Shown here: piece by piece, positions 49,787 to 63,578 of the stretch | Position numbering within the stretch: the stretch's first letter is position 1 | How the letters are laid out: each line of letters opens with the position of its first letter | Assembly: GCA_050273025.1 (NCBI GenBank) | Contig: CP158635.1 | Coordinates: 8,184,001 to 8,248,000, forward strand | Length of the DNA: 64,000 bases | Source: Cenococcum geophilum | Taxonomy: Eukaryota | Direction: 5' to 3' | The notes under the pieces: generated by a model | What the model saw: the letters and a program-made list of their open reading frames with translations, nothing else | What the model was told of the DNA's origin: nothing | Databases searched by the model: none | Program-made: the position numbers and the translations under genes

Positions 49787-52700
49787 TGTAAGGTGAGGAT
49801 ATAGATAGGGAGTCTAATAATAGAATAATAGGTATATTATATAGACAGAGACAAATCCTTAAGGGAAAAGGAGGAGTCTGTGTGCGAGGTAAAAAGGGGT
49901 TTCCTTAGGTATATATAGCGCACATACCTTATAGGCGAGTTACCTCTAGGTTGCCCTAGGGTCGCCTATACCTTGCGGCTATATAATTATCTACTTAGGT
50001 TTTACCTAATAATGCCCCCCCCTTTAAAAAGGGTTGTCCCCAATTCTTTATATACTTAAGCCTTAATAAAACCCTATAAAAAAACCTTAGTAAGGAAAAA
50101 ATTTAGAGGGAAAAGAGCGTCTTAATTTTGTATATAGAGAGACAGATAGTATATATACGCGGCGCGAAGATGTTAAGGAACTTTAACCAGCGGTTAAAGT
50201 TATCTAATTGGTTAGATTTGCCTTACTAAGACTCCCCTATATTTTAACTAATCTAGTAGCGATTTTATATACCTAGTATGGAAAATCCTAATTGGTCTAT
50301 TTAATAGGTAGAGCTAGTGGAGCTTAATACCGTCGCCTAAATTTCGTAGACTAGAAATATTCCAAAAGCTTACTTATATAGGTAGGTCGCTAGTACCTCG
50401 CAAGTCGGTTATAGGTTACTTATATATAGCCAGATTTATAGATAATAAGGCTATATACCTATTAAACCCGCTACTAACCCTGCTTTAGCCCTACGCTATA
50501 CCGGCGTAGCGCTATATATACTTTACGGGTAGGTTATAGGTTACTTATATATAGCTAGGTTTAGGACGGCAAGGCTATATACCCGTTAAATTTGCCATTA
50601 ACCTATACTTTAGCCTTGCGCGTTATCTGTATAGTATATACGTAGAATAGTATAAGTTATTAGTATAGGTTACTACTAGTAGGTTACTAGTAGGTTATAA
50701 ACCCTAGTTAAATAGACCCTAGTTATAAACGGGCCTATTTTTTAATATATAAGTAATCTACTTAGCTAGTATAAAGTAATAAACTAGGTCTAGAAAGGGT
50801 ACTTTCTAAATTAAGCTTCGTTGCCGGTATACGCTGTAGCCTTACCTATAAGTTACTAGCATCGCCGGGTTGCGTTAGAGTGTGGCTTATATAGGATATT
50901 AATAAATTAAAACTTCACCCTATATATACGCCGCAGTTCTTATAGCAATCATTACTTATTCTTTAATCCCTTAGGACGTCCTCTGCTCCGCTTTAATATA
51001 GGTTATATTTTAATAGCAGCGCTTACTTTTCGCCTACGCTTCGGCTATAAGGCTAGGGTATTTCGCTTACGGTACTTATCTAGTAGTTATTAATAATTTT
51101 TAAGTTCTGTCTTATATTTTTATTTATTATATTTATTTGGCCATCCTAGCCATTTAATAAGGTACTATGGTTATCTAGCACGATTCTAATAGGTAATAAT
51201 TGCTTCTACTTTCTAGCTACCTTCCTTAAGCTCTTTTACTGCCGGGGGTTAAAACCTAGAGTGTAACCTATAAGGCTCTAGTAGGGAGATATAGAAGACT
51301 AGGTGGAGCCGTACTATAGTAAATAGGAGCTTTAGCTTATATGCTTACTGCCCTATACGCTCTAAGATCTAAATCGGTCCTATAAACTTATAGTTAAGCT
51401 TTTTATAAGGACGTTTTGTGTAGATGTTTTTAAAGGAGATTAGGACTTATTTACTGACGGCGAAATGCTTAGCTAGATAGTAACGATTATAGTATTTTAC
51501 CTAAAGCTTTTAGGCGTGTATTATTAACGCCGCTACTACCTTACGTATAAGGCGCAGGCGTTATAGATACGTCTCTATAAGTTAGATATTTATTAACTTA
51601 GACTCCTTCCCACCTTACTAGGCGTCTTAGACGCTGTCCAGGACTCTATCTAGGACGTTTAGTAGCTAGCTATAGGCGAGCTTAATAGGGGAATGCTTTA
51701 TTATAGTATAGACCTTAGAGTTATAAGTAAAGGCTGCTTCTTTAAGTAGGGAGGCCTAATTAGACTGTTCTTAGTTTATAAATATATATAGGTATACCTT
51801 AAGCTCCTAGTTCTGACGCTTTGTCTAACTATCTATCTACGGGTAGAATATAGTACTAAGTTTACATTAAACGCGAAGATGGTAGTATATAGTGCTTTAG
51901 TACTCGCTTATAAATATACTACCCTTATTAAAGACGATATTACCTAGAGGCCCTATTTATATAAAAACTCTAAATAAGAGTTCTGCGAGTTGTATAGCAT
52001 TAATTATCTTACGCACTAAATAGTAGCGTACTAGCTTTATAAAACGGTCTATAAGGATAAGAATGGAGTTATACTCTACGCTATTAGGAGTTTTAAACTC
52101 TAGGAGATCCGTAATAAAGTTAAGTAAATAATGCTACTAGGATCGAGTAGGGACCTAGAGAGGCTGCAGCTTACTATAGGGTTTATAGCGACGCGATTTA
52201 GAGCGTTAGTAGGCATTATAATTATCTAGGTATTTATAGAGGTCCTAGGTAAGGCCGTTCTAAGTATACTTCTATATAATTACCTTAAAAGTACGGTTAA
52301 AACTATAGTGGCCGCCTATAGGATCGTCATAATTCCGCTTAAGGATCTCCTATTATAATAGTATGCAATTCGGCACCTAGACCTTATTATTTTACCTTAG
52401 GAGTCCTTAATTATTAAGGGTATAGTCCTTATTACTAGTAGGAACTCGTCCCTAAGTTAACTAATTATATATAAAGCGTATAAAGGCGTCCCTTTTTATA
52501 CTCTATGAATAAAATTAACTAGTAACTTAGGGGGTTATTCCATGAACGCCGTTTTAGCTAAAGTAGCTACTACTACCTCTTGCTATAGCATGAGACTCTA
52601 TACAAAGTTAGTGCCAGTAAAGTAATATATAATGCGTAAGTAACTCACTAGGTTGTCGCGGGGGACTATAGCTTAGGCTAAGGGGTCTTCCTTAGGGTTA

Positions 52701-55630
52701 AGCGCTATTAGGTTAGTTAAAGTGGTCTTAGAGAGAATAGTAGAACGCTCTAATCCGCTGGCGCCAAGTTTATAAGGGTTGCTTATATACTACACGCATG
52801 CTACTTACTAGTTTAGTATAGTAGCACTAGGGCCGCCTATAAGGCCTATAACCCGCAACTTTTGCTACAATATAGGCAGTATAGCATTAAGGATTATCCT
52901 TTTACTGCTATCTTTAAAGCCTTTAGTATAATCCAGGCGCCGGGATAGTATATTAGTAGGATTTATCTTACCTGGCTTATATTTAATCTTAAAATTAAAC
53001 TTAGCTAGTTCCTTGGCGTATTAGGCCTAGCGAGTAAATAAGCTCTTAATAGTTATAAAGTACCTAAGATTATTAAAATTGCAGAGCACGCGTGTTACAT
53101 ACGCGGCGTATTTAAGGTAATAGCGCCACGTCTTAAAGCATTACACTATAGCGAGTAGTTCTTTATTATACGTATTATACTATACTTCTAGGCTAGTAAG
53201 CTTTTAACTATAATAAGCAATTAGGTGCCAGTGGAGTTAATCTCCCTACCCTAAAGGCTGTAGAAGTATACCGCTATAGGTATAGTTAGAAGCGTTAGTA
53301 ATTACTATTAGGGGTAAATTAGGGTTAAAGTAGTGAAGTAGAAGAGCCTATATAAACGCAGCGCGTAGCTTATAGAACGCCTACTATGCGTTATTAGGCC
53401 AGGACCAAGGTTAATACCATTTAGTAGGCCCTTTTAACTTACGCTTTTTCTTTTTCTCCCTATCTAATATTGGGTTGCGATATACCTATATAAGATATAC
53501 GTATAGGGGGTATACGGTATCTAAGTAGTTCTAAATAAATTACTTATAGAAGTTAGCAAAGCTAAGGAAGACCTAGATATCCCTATAGGACTTAGGCTTA
53601 GGCTATTTTTTAATAGCTTTTATACGGTTAGGGTCCATTATAATACCCCTAGGGGTGATAATAAAGCCTAGGAGCTTAACGTTCTTAATATAAAAGATAT
53701 ATTTTAATAGTTTGGCGTATAGGCCCTAAGCGTGGAGCTGTTATAGTACCTACTTAATATACTTAACGTACTTATCCTTATTATTTAAGTAGATAAGAAT
53801 ATTATCTAGGTAAACTACGTAGATAGTATCTACTAGGGTTTCTAGAGCTTTATAAATATAGCTCTAGAAAGCTATAAGGGCGTTAATAAGACTAAAGGGT
53901 ATTACTAGGTACTTAAAGTGACTATAGCGTGTCTTAAATACGGTCTTCTATTCGTCTCCCTTTTTAATGCGAATTCTATAGTACGCATTACGAAGATCTA
54001 GCTTTATAAATATCTTTGCATAGCTAAGCCTATTAAAGAGCTCGCTAACCAATAGTAGGGGGTACCGATTTTTAATTGTAATCTTATTTAGGCGTCTATA
54101 GTTAACGCATAGCTGTATTATACTATCTACTTTCAGTACGAAGAGGATGGGCGCTCTAGTAGGCGACTTACTGGGCCTAATCGAGCCCTTTTTAAGAGCA
54201 CTGTTTAGGTACTCTTATAAAATCTACAACTCTTTTTATAAGAGGTTGTAGAGGGGTATTTATAGTAGCGTTTTACCTTCTTCTAAGTCGATTGCATAGT
54301 CGTACTTAAAGTTCTGCGGTAGTATGCTTACTAGCTTATTAAAGAAGATATTAATTTCCTCCTTATATACCTCTGGTAGGCCAGGGGCTATAGAGGTCGA
54401 AGCGACTATTATATAGTAGTGTGCTTCTGGGAGCTAGTAGAGAAAAGGGTGCGGCCAGTATACGTTTTATAGGTATGCTTGCACTAAGAGTATATACAGC
54501 TCTGCTATAATATACTTAATAGTTTTAGGGTTTTAATTACCTCCCCCTTATATATGGGTAATCTGCGCCGGCACTAAAGGGTCTCTATAGGTACTTACTG
54601 CTAGTGACGGCAGGTCCTCTACTATATTTATAACCGGTATCTCTACGTCCAAAGGGTTTGCATAGGTACCCACTACTAGTAATAATAGGTCCTTTATTGT
54701 ATTTACAACCGGTATAGAGAAGGAGTCTTCTAGCTATAGCGAATAGACTATTTCGCCAGCCTTAATATTTACTAGGAAAGCGTTAAGGGTGACTATCTAA
54801 AGGCATCTAGGGTCTAAAGTACCCTAAACAAACTATTTAGAACGGAAGCTAATTAATAAATCTACTTCCGCGAGCTAATTTTATCTAAGAACTATATTAT
54901 AACCATTAAATAAGCCGCCCTAAAAGGTCTGCGGGCTAATAGTGCGAGAGGTACCCTAAGAGTCGCTAGTAGTAACTATTAGATTATAAGCATCCCAGAT
55001 TATTATCTAGTTGCTATTAAGGAAACGTATAATAGGTTTATATAAACGTAGCGCGTAGTATATAGGCAAGTTAAACCTATAGACGATATCTTAATTAATA
55101 AGGTTAATTTAGTACCTATTATTGTATAAAGCATATAGGCAGACTTCGCCCTAGGGCGTATCTATTATAACGTATACCACAATATATTTCTTCTCTCCCT
55201 CTATATTAGGCCCTAGTTATAATTAAAAGAGATACGCTACTAGGGCTTTAGGTTTTCCGAAGCCTAAGCTAACTTCTCTTTATTAGCCTACTTCCAGTAT
55301 TCCTTATAGTGGCCACCTACGGTCCTTTAACTTACCTACGTAGCACTAGCGTTTAGGGGGTCCCCTAAGCCATCCAGCTTTTAGGTGGTCTCCCTAGGAG
55401 TTTACTTAAAAAAGCGTCGCCCTTTTTAGGTTTTGCTTCCTAAGCCTAACTCTATAAAGCCTATACTATAACCGCGCTTTATACGTAATAATTTGCCGTT
55501 ACTACTTACGCGATCTTCTGCAAGCTTTATAATATTAAGCAATTACTCTACACAGCGGATTTCGTTAAAAAGGTCTTTAGTAGTTCTTACCTATTAGGCG
55601 AAGTTCTGGCGGAAGAGCTCTACTTATAGG
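49787..55630 (-). mobile_element. Ty3/gypsy chromovirus F, 5'-truncated (3' LTR 49787-50011, long 3' UTR, pol ~55260-50952, part of gag)
   Basis: TG start at 49787; PPT next to 50012; RT YLDD-like at ~53800-53812; RH, IN, chromodomain ~51080-51215 and AT-hook. Confidence 0.9.
50405..50625. repeat. Two ~120-bp tandem repeats in the F 3' UTR
   Basis: GGTTATAGGTTACTTATATATAGC...AAGGCTATATACC...TTTAGCC occurs at ~50407 and ~50532. Confidence 0.75.
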
Positions 55631-56250
55631 TAGGCTAGAAGATATAAGAACTAATAGTTATAGAAATTTTAGACTGGTGGATCCTAGTAGATTTTTTAGA
55701 TTTTAGTTTTAGGTCTAAGTAGTAAGTTATAAGACACTTCTACTTATAATAAGAGGCGGTAAATAGAAGCTTAAGGTTATTCTAATTAATAGTTACCTTA
55801 TATAGCTTTATTTAGGGTTATTTAAGGATTACTAAGTAACCTAGGGTAGTAATGAAAAGTTTAATTAATTCTTTATGGTTTAGGTATTGGAGTCTTAGGA
55901 ATACTATATAAGTAATACAGCCTAAAATAGTGTATTTACTATTAAATCTAAATATATTAATATACCGGTTAAGGGGGGTTAGGGTAAAACTATTATCTTA
56001 TATAAAGATTTTATTAATAAATCCTATGCCGCTAGCTCCTATATTAATTAGGATTTAAGCGTTAGCCTATTAACTATTTTGCTAAAGATGGTAGTTAATA
56101 GTTATACTATAGTCCCAAAAGTCGGAGTTTATGACGTTAAATGCGTTTAATAAGATTTTATAGCAGAGCTGTTTTAGAGAGCGACTTAGCTCTAGGACCT
56201 TCCTTTTAAAGGTAATTAGGGTAGGGTTCTTATAGGACTATAGAAAGCCT
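55630..56250 (-). mobile_element. Fragment of a gypsy C relative (gag/pol junction and protease)
   Basis: Reverse-complement similarity to ~18830-19400. Confidence 0.8.
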
Positions 56251-56883
56251 CTTTACGAGGTAAGCTCTTAGGCTGTAATGCTTACTATACTAAAGGGTGG
56301 CATTAAAGGATATAAGTCTTTATATACGCGGGCCGGCATTATCTAATATAATATTTTAATAGGCAACCTTATAATAAACGAGAAAGATAACAATCCTTCT
56401 TAGCCGGCATTCTTAATTGACTTTAATTTTGCAATTAAGGAGTAGTAGGAAGGACCTTTAGGAGCGCAGGGCAAGACCAGCATAAGAGCGTTTATGGCGA
56501 TTAGAGTGCTCCTAGGCGAGATATATTTAGCTTAATATAATTTTAAGTCATTCTTTTAGGTGCTATTTTAGATATATATTTACTATAATAGACCTAATAA
56601 GAAAGGCAATATTATTAATAGGTTTAATAAATAGAATTCTGTAGATACGGAAGAGCTAGCTAAAATAAAAAAAGGGGCAGTAGCTAATAAAGAGGATTTT
56701 CTTAAGACTGCAGGTAATAACTTTTTACTATACTATTAGCTAATAATCTCTTGGGTTAACAGATTGCGGAAAGTAGTATTTTTAGGCGGTAGGAGGTAAA
56801 AGGGAAAGGATAAAAAACTTTCTTTTTAAATAAAGGAAGTGCTTTGGGAAGTAAGGAAGAATCTAAAGGTATTAGCAGAGTAG
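56251..56883 (+). pseudogene. Fungal-type protein kinase (FunK1 family) C-terminal fragment, RIP-degenerate
   Basis: De-RIP GHESLHTRAGIIQCDISMGNLMM..FLIDFDFA..GKTGTRAFMAIGVLLGE..HDLESFFWVLFWICIHY. Confidence 0.85.
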
Positions 56884-57164
56884 ATAGAATAACATTTCAT
56901 TTTCCTAGTGTTCTTCTACCGTATGAGTTAAAGTTTTATAGAGATTTGGGCGGCTAGGGCTAGGTAGCAGCCTTAGTTAAAATATATATAAAATAGTATA
57001 AGGCGAGTTGCCTAGGCTAAATAAACCTGGGAGTAGATAACCTAATCTTCTACTAGATTATCAGGTCCCTACACCTAATTATCCTATATAGGCTTTAAAT
57101 TTCCACAAAATATATAACCCACTCTTTAGCCTATTAGAAGCCGCCTTATACCGCCTAAATAGAG

Positions 57165-57870
57165 GCTATAGGAGAGTTAATCCCCTACTCTAACTAATCC
57201 CCTACTCCAACAAATCCCCTATAGGAGCCGATGTCTACGTATTTCACCGCCCTATAGGAACCAGTCCCCTACTCTAAAAAATCCCCTATAGGATTAAGTC
57301 CCCTACTTTAACAAATCCCCTACGCTAATAAATCCCCTATGCTAATAAATCCCCTACTCTAATAAATCCCCTACTCTAATAAATCCCCTACTCTAACGAA
57401 TCCCTTACTCCAGCGAATCCCCTATAGGCGCCAATGCCTATATATTCTACCGCCCTATAGGAACCAATCCCCTACGGCTTACATTCCCCTATAGCTTACA
57501 TTCCCCTATAGCTTGCATTCCCCTACAGCTTACATTCCTATATAGCTTTTACTCCCCTATAGAAACTCTTAGCTATATCTTCTACTACAGAACAAATCCC
57601 CTATAATTCCGTTCCTATATATAGTAACTATATCTTTTACTACCCTATAAGAACTATACCCTATAGCTCCTACTCCCGTATAGCTTTTACTCCCCTATAG
57701 GAACTAATAGTAATTTCTTCTACTCCCCTACGGAAACTAATCTCCTATAGCTTGCGGTTCTCTATAGGGGTTAATACCCGCTTTTTTTATCGCCTTACGG
57801 CTTTTAATTTCTTATAGGAACTAACGCTTATATTTTTTACTCCCCTATAGGAACTAATGCCTTACAGCTT
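57165..57870. repeat. Compound minisatellite of 17-bp units around a TCCCCTAY core
   Basis: AATCCCCTACTCTAATA arrays (57180-57420) grading into CCTATAGCTTACATTCC units (57470-57560) and degenerate copies. Confidence 0.92.
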
Positions 57871-58229
57871 CCGTTCTTCTATTCTTAGATCTATAAGCAA
57901 TTCGCCCGCACTATTGCCTACTATATAGGTCTTATTGCCATAAGAGTAAGTAAGTAATTTTAAGAAAGTAATAAGTAATAATACTACTAGCTATAAGATC
58001 TATAAGATATATTTAATGCTATATATACTATATATAAGCAAATTAGTATATATAAGCTTAACCCCCTTAACTAATCTAACACCCTTAAAGTTAGTCTTAA
58101 AGTCTCTAAATCGCTACCGCTAGGAAAAGAAAGAGGAATATAACACGAGTCCTAAAAGGTAGAAATATTTAGTAGTAAACGCTCCGGTTACTAACTTAAC
58201 CTAAACTACTAAGGTTATTATTAAACTTA

Positions 58230-60700
58230 TTACCTAGTTGTAGAACTATATCTAGATACCAAATAGATAACGGTTTTTTTTCCTTATATGCTAAGGCAAG
58301 GGCTGCTCCTATAGCGTTTTTAATCTATAAAATGTAAATAATTTAGCATAAAACTTCTTTACTAGGGCTTGCATATGCCTACCTATCAGCTATTAAGCTC
58401 CCGTTACGCTAATTCCTTAAGCTCGTTAGAACTAAATCTTGCCCTACTAATAGTAACTGCCTTCCCTAGGAAACTGGCCCAAAGGGTTTATCTTATATTA
58501 ATACCTAATAGAAGGTATCTTATAGCTATATATATTCTACTTAGCATTACGTCGTTAAAGTCTTTTACACGATTAGTAGTGAGGATTATAATTCCTTTAT
58601 AGTATTTAAGTTTCCACAGAAAAATTGTAATTAGGTTATTGTCTATATAACGCAATAATTATTACTTTATAAATACGTCGGCTTTATCTAATAGAAGTAT
58701 AGTATCTTAACAGTTGGCCTGCTGGAAAGCATAAGAAAGCTTAAATTTAACCTACTTTAGGTTAGTGGCTAGATCTCCACTAGATAACTAGAAGAGTTAG
58801 GCAAATAGTAGCAGTTTAAATAAGCAGGGCGTACCGTGTAAAGCGGCCTTTGCAGCTCTTCTAAAAGTCCTTTAGCGGTTAAGGTCTTACTAACTCCAAT
58901 AGAACTACTAATACTCTACGTTAGTTTTCTCTAAGGATAAAATAGAACGGAGCTCGTACTATAGTAGCATAATTAGGCTACGTCCTTTACCTAGTATAAA
59001 ATCATTAAACTAAATCCTCTTTACGTAAGAAGCTATAAGAGCCTAAATAAGCTTCTTCTAGTCCTTTAGGATGGCAAGGTTCTAAAAGGGGAGAGGGTTC
59101 CACTTAATATCGCTAATATTATTAACAGTAAACTCTACTTTAAGATATTAAATTAGCTTTATAGTCTTCTTAGCTTATAAAATCTAGGAACTTACCCTAA
59201 AACTTATTCTTAAGACTAAACCCTAATACAGTCGGACTATAAATAAGTAAGTTATTAATTTTTAACTCCGCAGGCTTCTTACCATTACTTTTAACTTTAT
59301 TAAGTTTCTTCTCTCCTGGTTTACTAAAATCAAATACATATATATTGCTGTTTATATGCTTTTACAGTTTATTAATACTAGGTTTAGTATAGTTTAGATT
59401 ATACTTTTAGAAAAGTGCCGGGTTAACTATAATCCGACCATTAACAGACACCTTAGTAGGCTTTCCTTTCTCTATATAAAAGGCTTTACCTTTATACTAT
59501 CGGTAGTGCGTCCCTATTAATAAAATTAATTTACAACCTCTATTAGCAAGTTCTTACTTCTCCTTCTCTGCGTCAGGGTAATCTTTAAGTAGAAAGCATC
59601 TAAGGCTATATATTGGCTTCGACCCTTAGAACGTCCAAATAGTAGCTATAGTCACAGCCTTACTAAAATTTTTGCCATTGAAATCTAAATACCAGCCTTT
59701 AACGCGGAAGTATTCATCTCCTTTATCGTTCTCTTTCACCTTACCCAAGTTAAATCTTATATATCTACGCTTATTAGTGCTATAGTATTTCCTATACACT
59801 AATTCATTCGGCTTAAAAAGAGCCTAGAGAAGATTAAATGTAATTTCTCCGCTATCTAGTAGCGATACAAGGCGCTGTTTTATTAAGGCATATACACCCC
59901 TAATATAGTTTACTAAGAGGTCGAGGTAGGTGCTGTTCTCTAGGGCTCCCTTATAAGCTTCTAGCTTAAGAAGGAAGTAGTATAATAGATTCCGCTTAAC
60001 CTAGTCTTAAGTTAGCAGTTAATTTGGGGTATTAAAAAGTCTAATAAATTAGTTTTATACTGTAGGTTTATCTTCCTTAATAAAAGTTCCCTCTATACCT
60101 TATAGAACGGACCTAAGTATATCCCGTAGGCCTTTAGACTTAATATTAATAAAGTGCGTTATACGTTCAGTCTTCCTATCTATTATTTCGCCGTTAGTAG
60201 CATAAATCCAGTAGCTACCTTTATGCTTACCAATACGTATATAAATAACAAATATATATTCGTTATATATATCTACCTCAGAAGGTACTATAGAGGATTC
60301 GACTATCTTATACTTTAAGGTTGCCTTATCCTAGCTACATATAGCAAATTAGCTAGGGTTATACTTTCGGTTTTATACGGGATATACATTTTATTAACCG
60401 TTTTATACTCCACCTTTAAAGCTTAGGCTCTTAGTTCTTAAGGTTAGAAACTATCTACAGCTTAAGGCTCTATAGCCTTAGGAGTGTCTATAGCGCTAGG
60501 TATTACTTTTACTGCCTTTAATACGTCCTTAAGTAGCTCAATAAGGTAAATAATAGTAACTAGGTCTAAGGGAGGTATAACTAGGCTAAAAAGAGGCGTT
60601 TACAAATTTCCGCAGCTTAGAGTAGTGTCTAGAGATATCTTGGGTTACTTTATAACCTTAGGCTGGTTTAACATTATTACTTTATAAAGCTTTAGTAATA
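58230..60700 (-). pseudogene. Fungal AAA+ ATPase gene, intron-containing, RIP-degenerate
   Basis: De-RIP FDDFVPGKGRSLIMLL, Walker A GVGKTLTAE (~58870-58897), Walker B LLLDEADVF (~58672-58700), LTTNRVKDFDDAMLSRIH; ends approximate. Confidence 0.85.
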
Positions 60701-61509
60701 AAATAGTAATCTAAAGTATAAGGTTTGGAGTAAGGAGCTAAACGGATATTAATATTATTTTTAAACAAGACCCGCCCTCTCTTATACCTATTAATACGGT
60801 ATAAGCCGTGCTATAGGTGTTTCTGCACCCCTCTTTTAGTAATAGGCTACCTTCCCTAGTTAATCCTAGTAGATATATATTAATATTATCTCCGTTATAG
60901 TGAATAAAGCTATAGTATATATGCTTGTTGGCTTATATATAGAATCTTAGCTCCAGCACTAAAGTAAGCTTAAAAAAAGACATCGCCTAATCTAATTATA
61001 GAAGGTATAATTAATATAAAGCGCCGTTATAAGGAGATAGGTTTAAGTAGTCGCTTTAACTGCTAATAGCGTTCTAACCCAATTTTAGTATTATTTTAGT
61101 AGTTTTCTAATGGTTTTCTAATGGTTCTCTAATAATTCCTAAATGCTAAAGGTAAGGCGGAGCATAATAGATAATCATGCATGTGTATATACAATGCAAT
61201 TACCGCCTCTTTATACCTCCGGCTAGATCCCTATTAGAAAAGCATTAAATAAGCAGCTAATTTATCTCTCTCTTTTTTGCTTATATATGCGTATTTAAAT
61301 CGCACTCTCCCTTTTAATAGTGCCTAACTAATAGGCGGAGTCTTATGCCTAGAGTGTGGCTTAGTAACCGTGCCTAGTTTAGGTAGATAACTATCTAAGT
61401 TATATATATATAAGCCGATGCCCCACCATACCGCAATCAGGCGGGCGTAAGGCAATCTTACTAGTTATTAGGCAGCACTGCTATAATTTTTATAGGTTCT
61501 CCACTGACA

Positions 61510-63203
61510 CAATATATATATCCCTTCATAGAATAGTACCGAGGGCTAGTAAATCTAGGCGTAGTCGCGGATATAGCTATATACTATCTAGCGAAATCGG
61601 AGCATATTGGGGCTATAGAAGATTTGCGATATTTTATATACTTATATCTATAGAGCTTTTATTCTCGCGTAAGATCCAAACTTTTTAAATATCCTCGCCT
61701 CCTGCATTTTAGATATTTAGCTATATCTCTAACTCCTGCGCTATAATGTCCCTAGAGGCACTTAATTACTTTTAGCTAACTAGGAAGCGTAGAGCGCATT
61801 ACTAACTAGGATATAGTGCGTATAATTAAGGCATTAAAGTCTTTAACAGATAGCGAACTTATAGAAATATATAAGACTAAAGTAGGTTTCTCTTAGCAGT
61901 TTGGCCGGGAATAATCGTGTTATAAACTAACTATTAAGTAGCTAAATTGTGACGAATGCCGAATTAAGCCTAGCCCCTCTACTAAAACTATATATTAGAC
62001 CCCCCTACCCAAAAATACTATAGCTGTTATTATTAATATCTTTAGCGTTAGTGGCTCTCTTAATATCTATTAGAAATCGGATAATAAATAGAGAAATATT
62101 TTTATTAACATAGTTAGGATAAAAGATAGTAAGAATAGTAATAGATTAGTAATATTGCTATAGGAAGCTGGATAGTACTACTATTCCCTTAGGGCCATTA
62201 AAATTAAATATACCGTAAAGAAATAGGCTAATTCCATATTTATATATGGATACCTTACATAAAATAGTAACGTTGTTCACTAAAGTAGTCGTATATTGCT
62301 TTTAAGATAGCTATTATTATAAATAGGAACAAGTGGTTTTAGTGTGGTTCCGTTAACTATACTTTACCCCAGACTTAGTTAGATATAATAATAGCTTAAA
62401 TATCTTGTAATATTAGCTAGAAGATCTACCTAGAAAATAAGTTTAAGTTAAATATTAGTTAGTAGTAAATATTTGCTTAGTAAGGAATATCTTATATACT
62501 TAACTACTCGCCCTAAAGCTATTATTCTTTATATTCTTCCTTAGATTTAGTAATGCCTAATAGAGGTATAGAACTGGAGGCCTCTAAATATTTAGTATAA
62601 GGTTACTCATGTATATCTAGAGAGCTTAGCTCTAGCGCGGCTAACTAATCTAATTTCGTAGGCTATAGCGGTAGAGTATTTATAGTTTATTAAGGTGCCC
62701 GCAAGGTAATAGTTATTTAGTTTTCTATAGTACCCTATATACATAATAGGACTAGCATAGTTAACTATTGGTTATTATCGCAGTAGGACTTTTTAACCTT
62801 TTATAATATATTCCTTCGCTAGCGTTTAGAGAATTAGGGACTCTAAGGCTTTTTTATTTTTTTTAATCTCTAAAGGGAGGCGGAGTCTATTATGCTCTCT
62901 TATACTTACAATGGTTAATTACCTAAGCCTAACGGCACTAATTATAACTATTTAAGGACCACAGTTATTATTAATCCTCCTTAGGAAATGCTAGTAGCTC
63001 TTCTACCTCTCGCCCGTTTTTAAGCTAGGAGGCTTTACTAGCTTTATAAGTATATTAAAAGCTTCTTAGATATATTTACGCTTATAAGGCTTTATACCTT
63101 CCTAGAGTTTAATTATCCCGGCGGTTATAAGGAGTTTAGTTATAGCGCTATTAATTAGTAATAGTTGGTGCTGATTTCGTTACAATACCTAAATTAATGC
63201 CAT
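61510..63203 (-). pseudogene. RIP-degenerate protein-coding gene of unknown function
   Basis: A long frame becomes protein-like once stops are reverted (TAIVFLGRGGSDAWFWWRGWARFGIRHDSATRQLVHNTIIPGQTAERNLLRSRVFLQ); candidate ATG at 63203; family not recognised. Confidence 0.55.
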
Positions 63204-63578
63204 AGCGTTAGGTTTGTTAAGAAGAGAAGGAGGTTATCCCAAAAAGATTCTAAGTTAGATAGTAGAGGGGGATTTAAGTAAAGGATTTAAGTGGAAATTA
63301 GTTGGAAATTAGTTAGAATTCTTTTAGGCTAAGAGGTATATTTTATTAGTCCTTCAGTTGGGCTTACAGCAGTTGTTCTTTGGCGTATTAGTAATATAGG
63401 ATAAGCGGAAGGTAGGATATAAAGCGATCTATATAAGCCGCTAGGGGAAATAAGCCGAGATACTAAAGCGTTCTTAATTAGAGCGGCATTAAAACTAAAA
63501 TGTAGAAATATAGTATAACGTAATTAGCTAAGCGAGAATATAGCTTACGTGGGGCGGTAATTAGAGTTTTACCGCTGT

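Noticed and set aside
57165..57870. CRISPR-like or telomeric array
   Set aside because: No unique spacers, eukaryotic context, and the unit is not TTAGGG.
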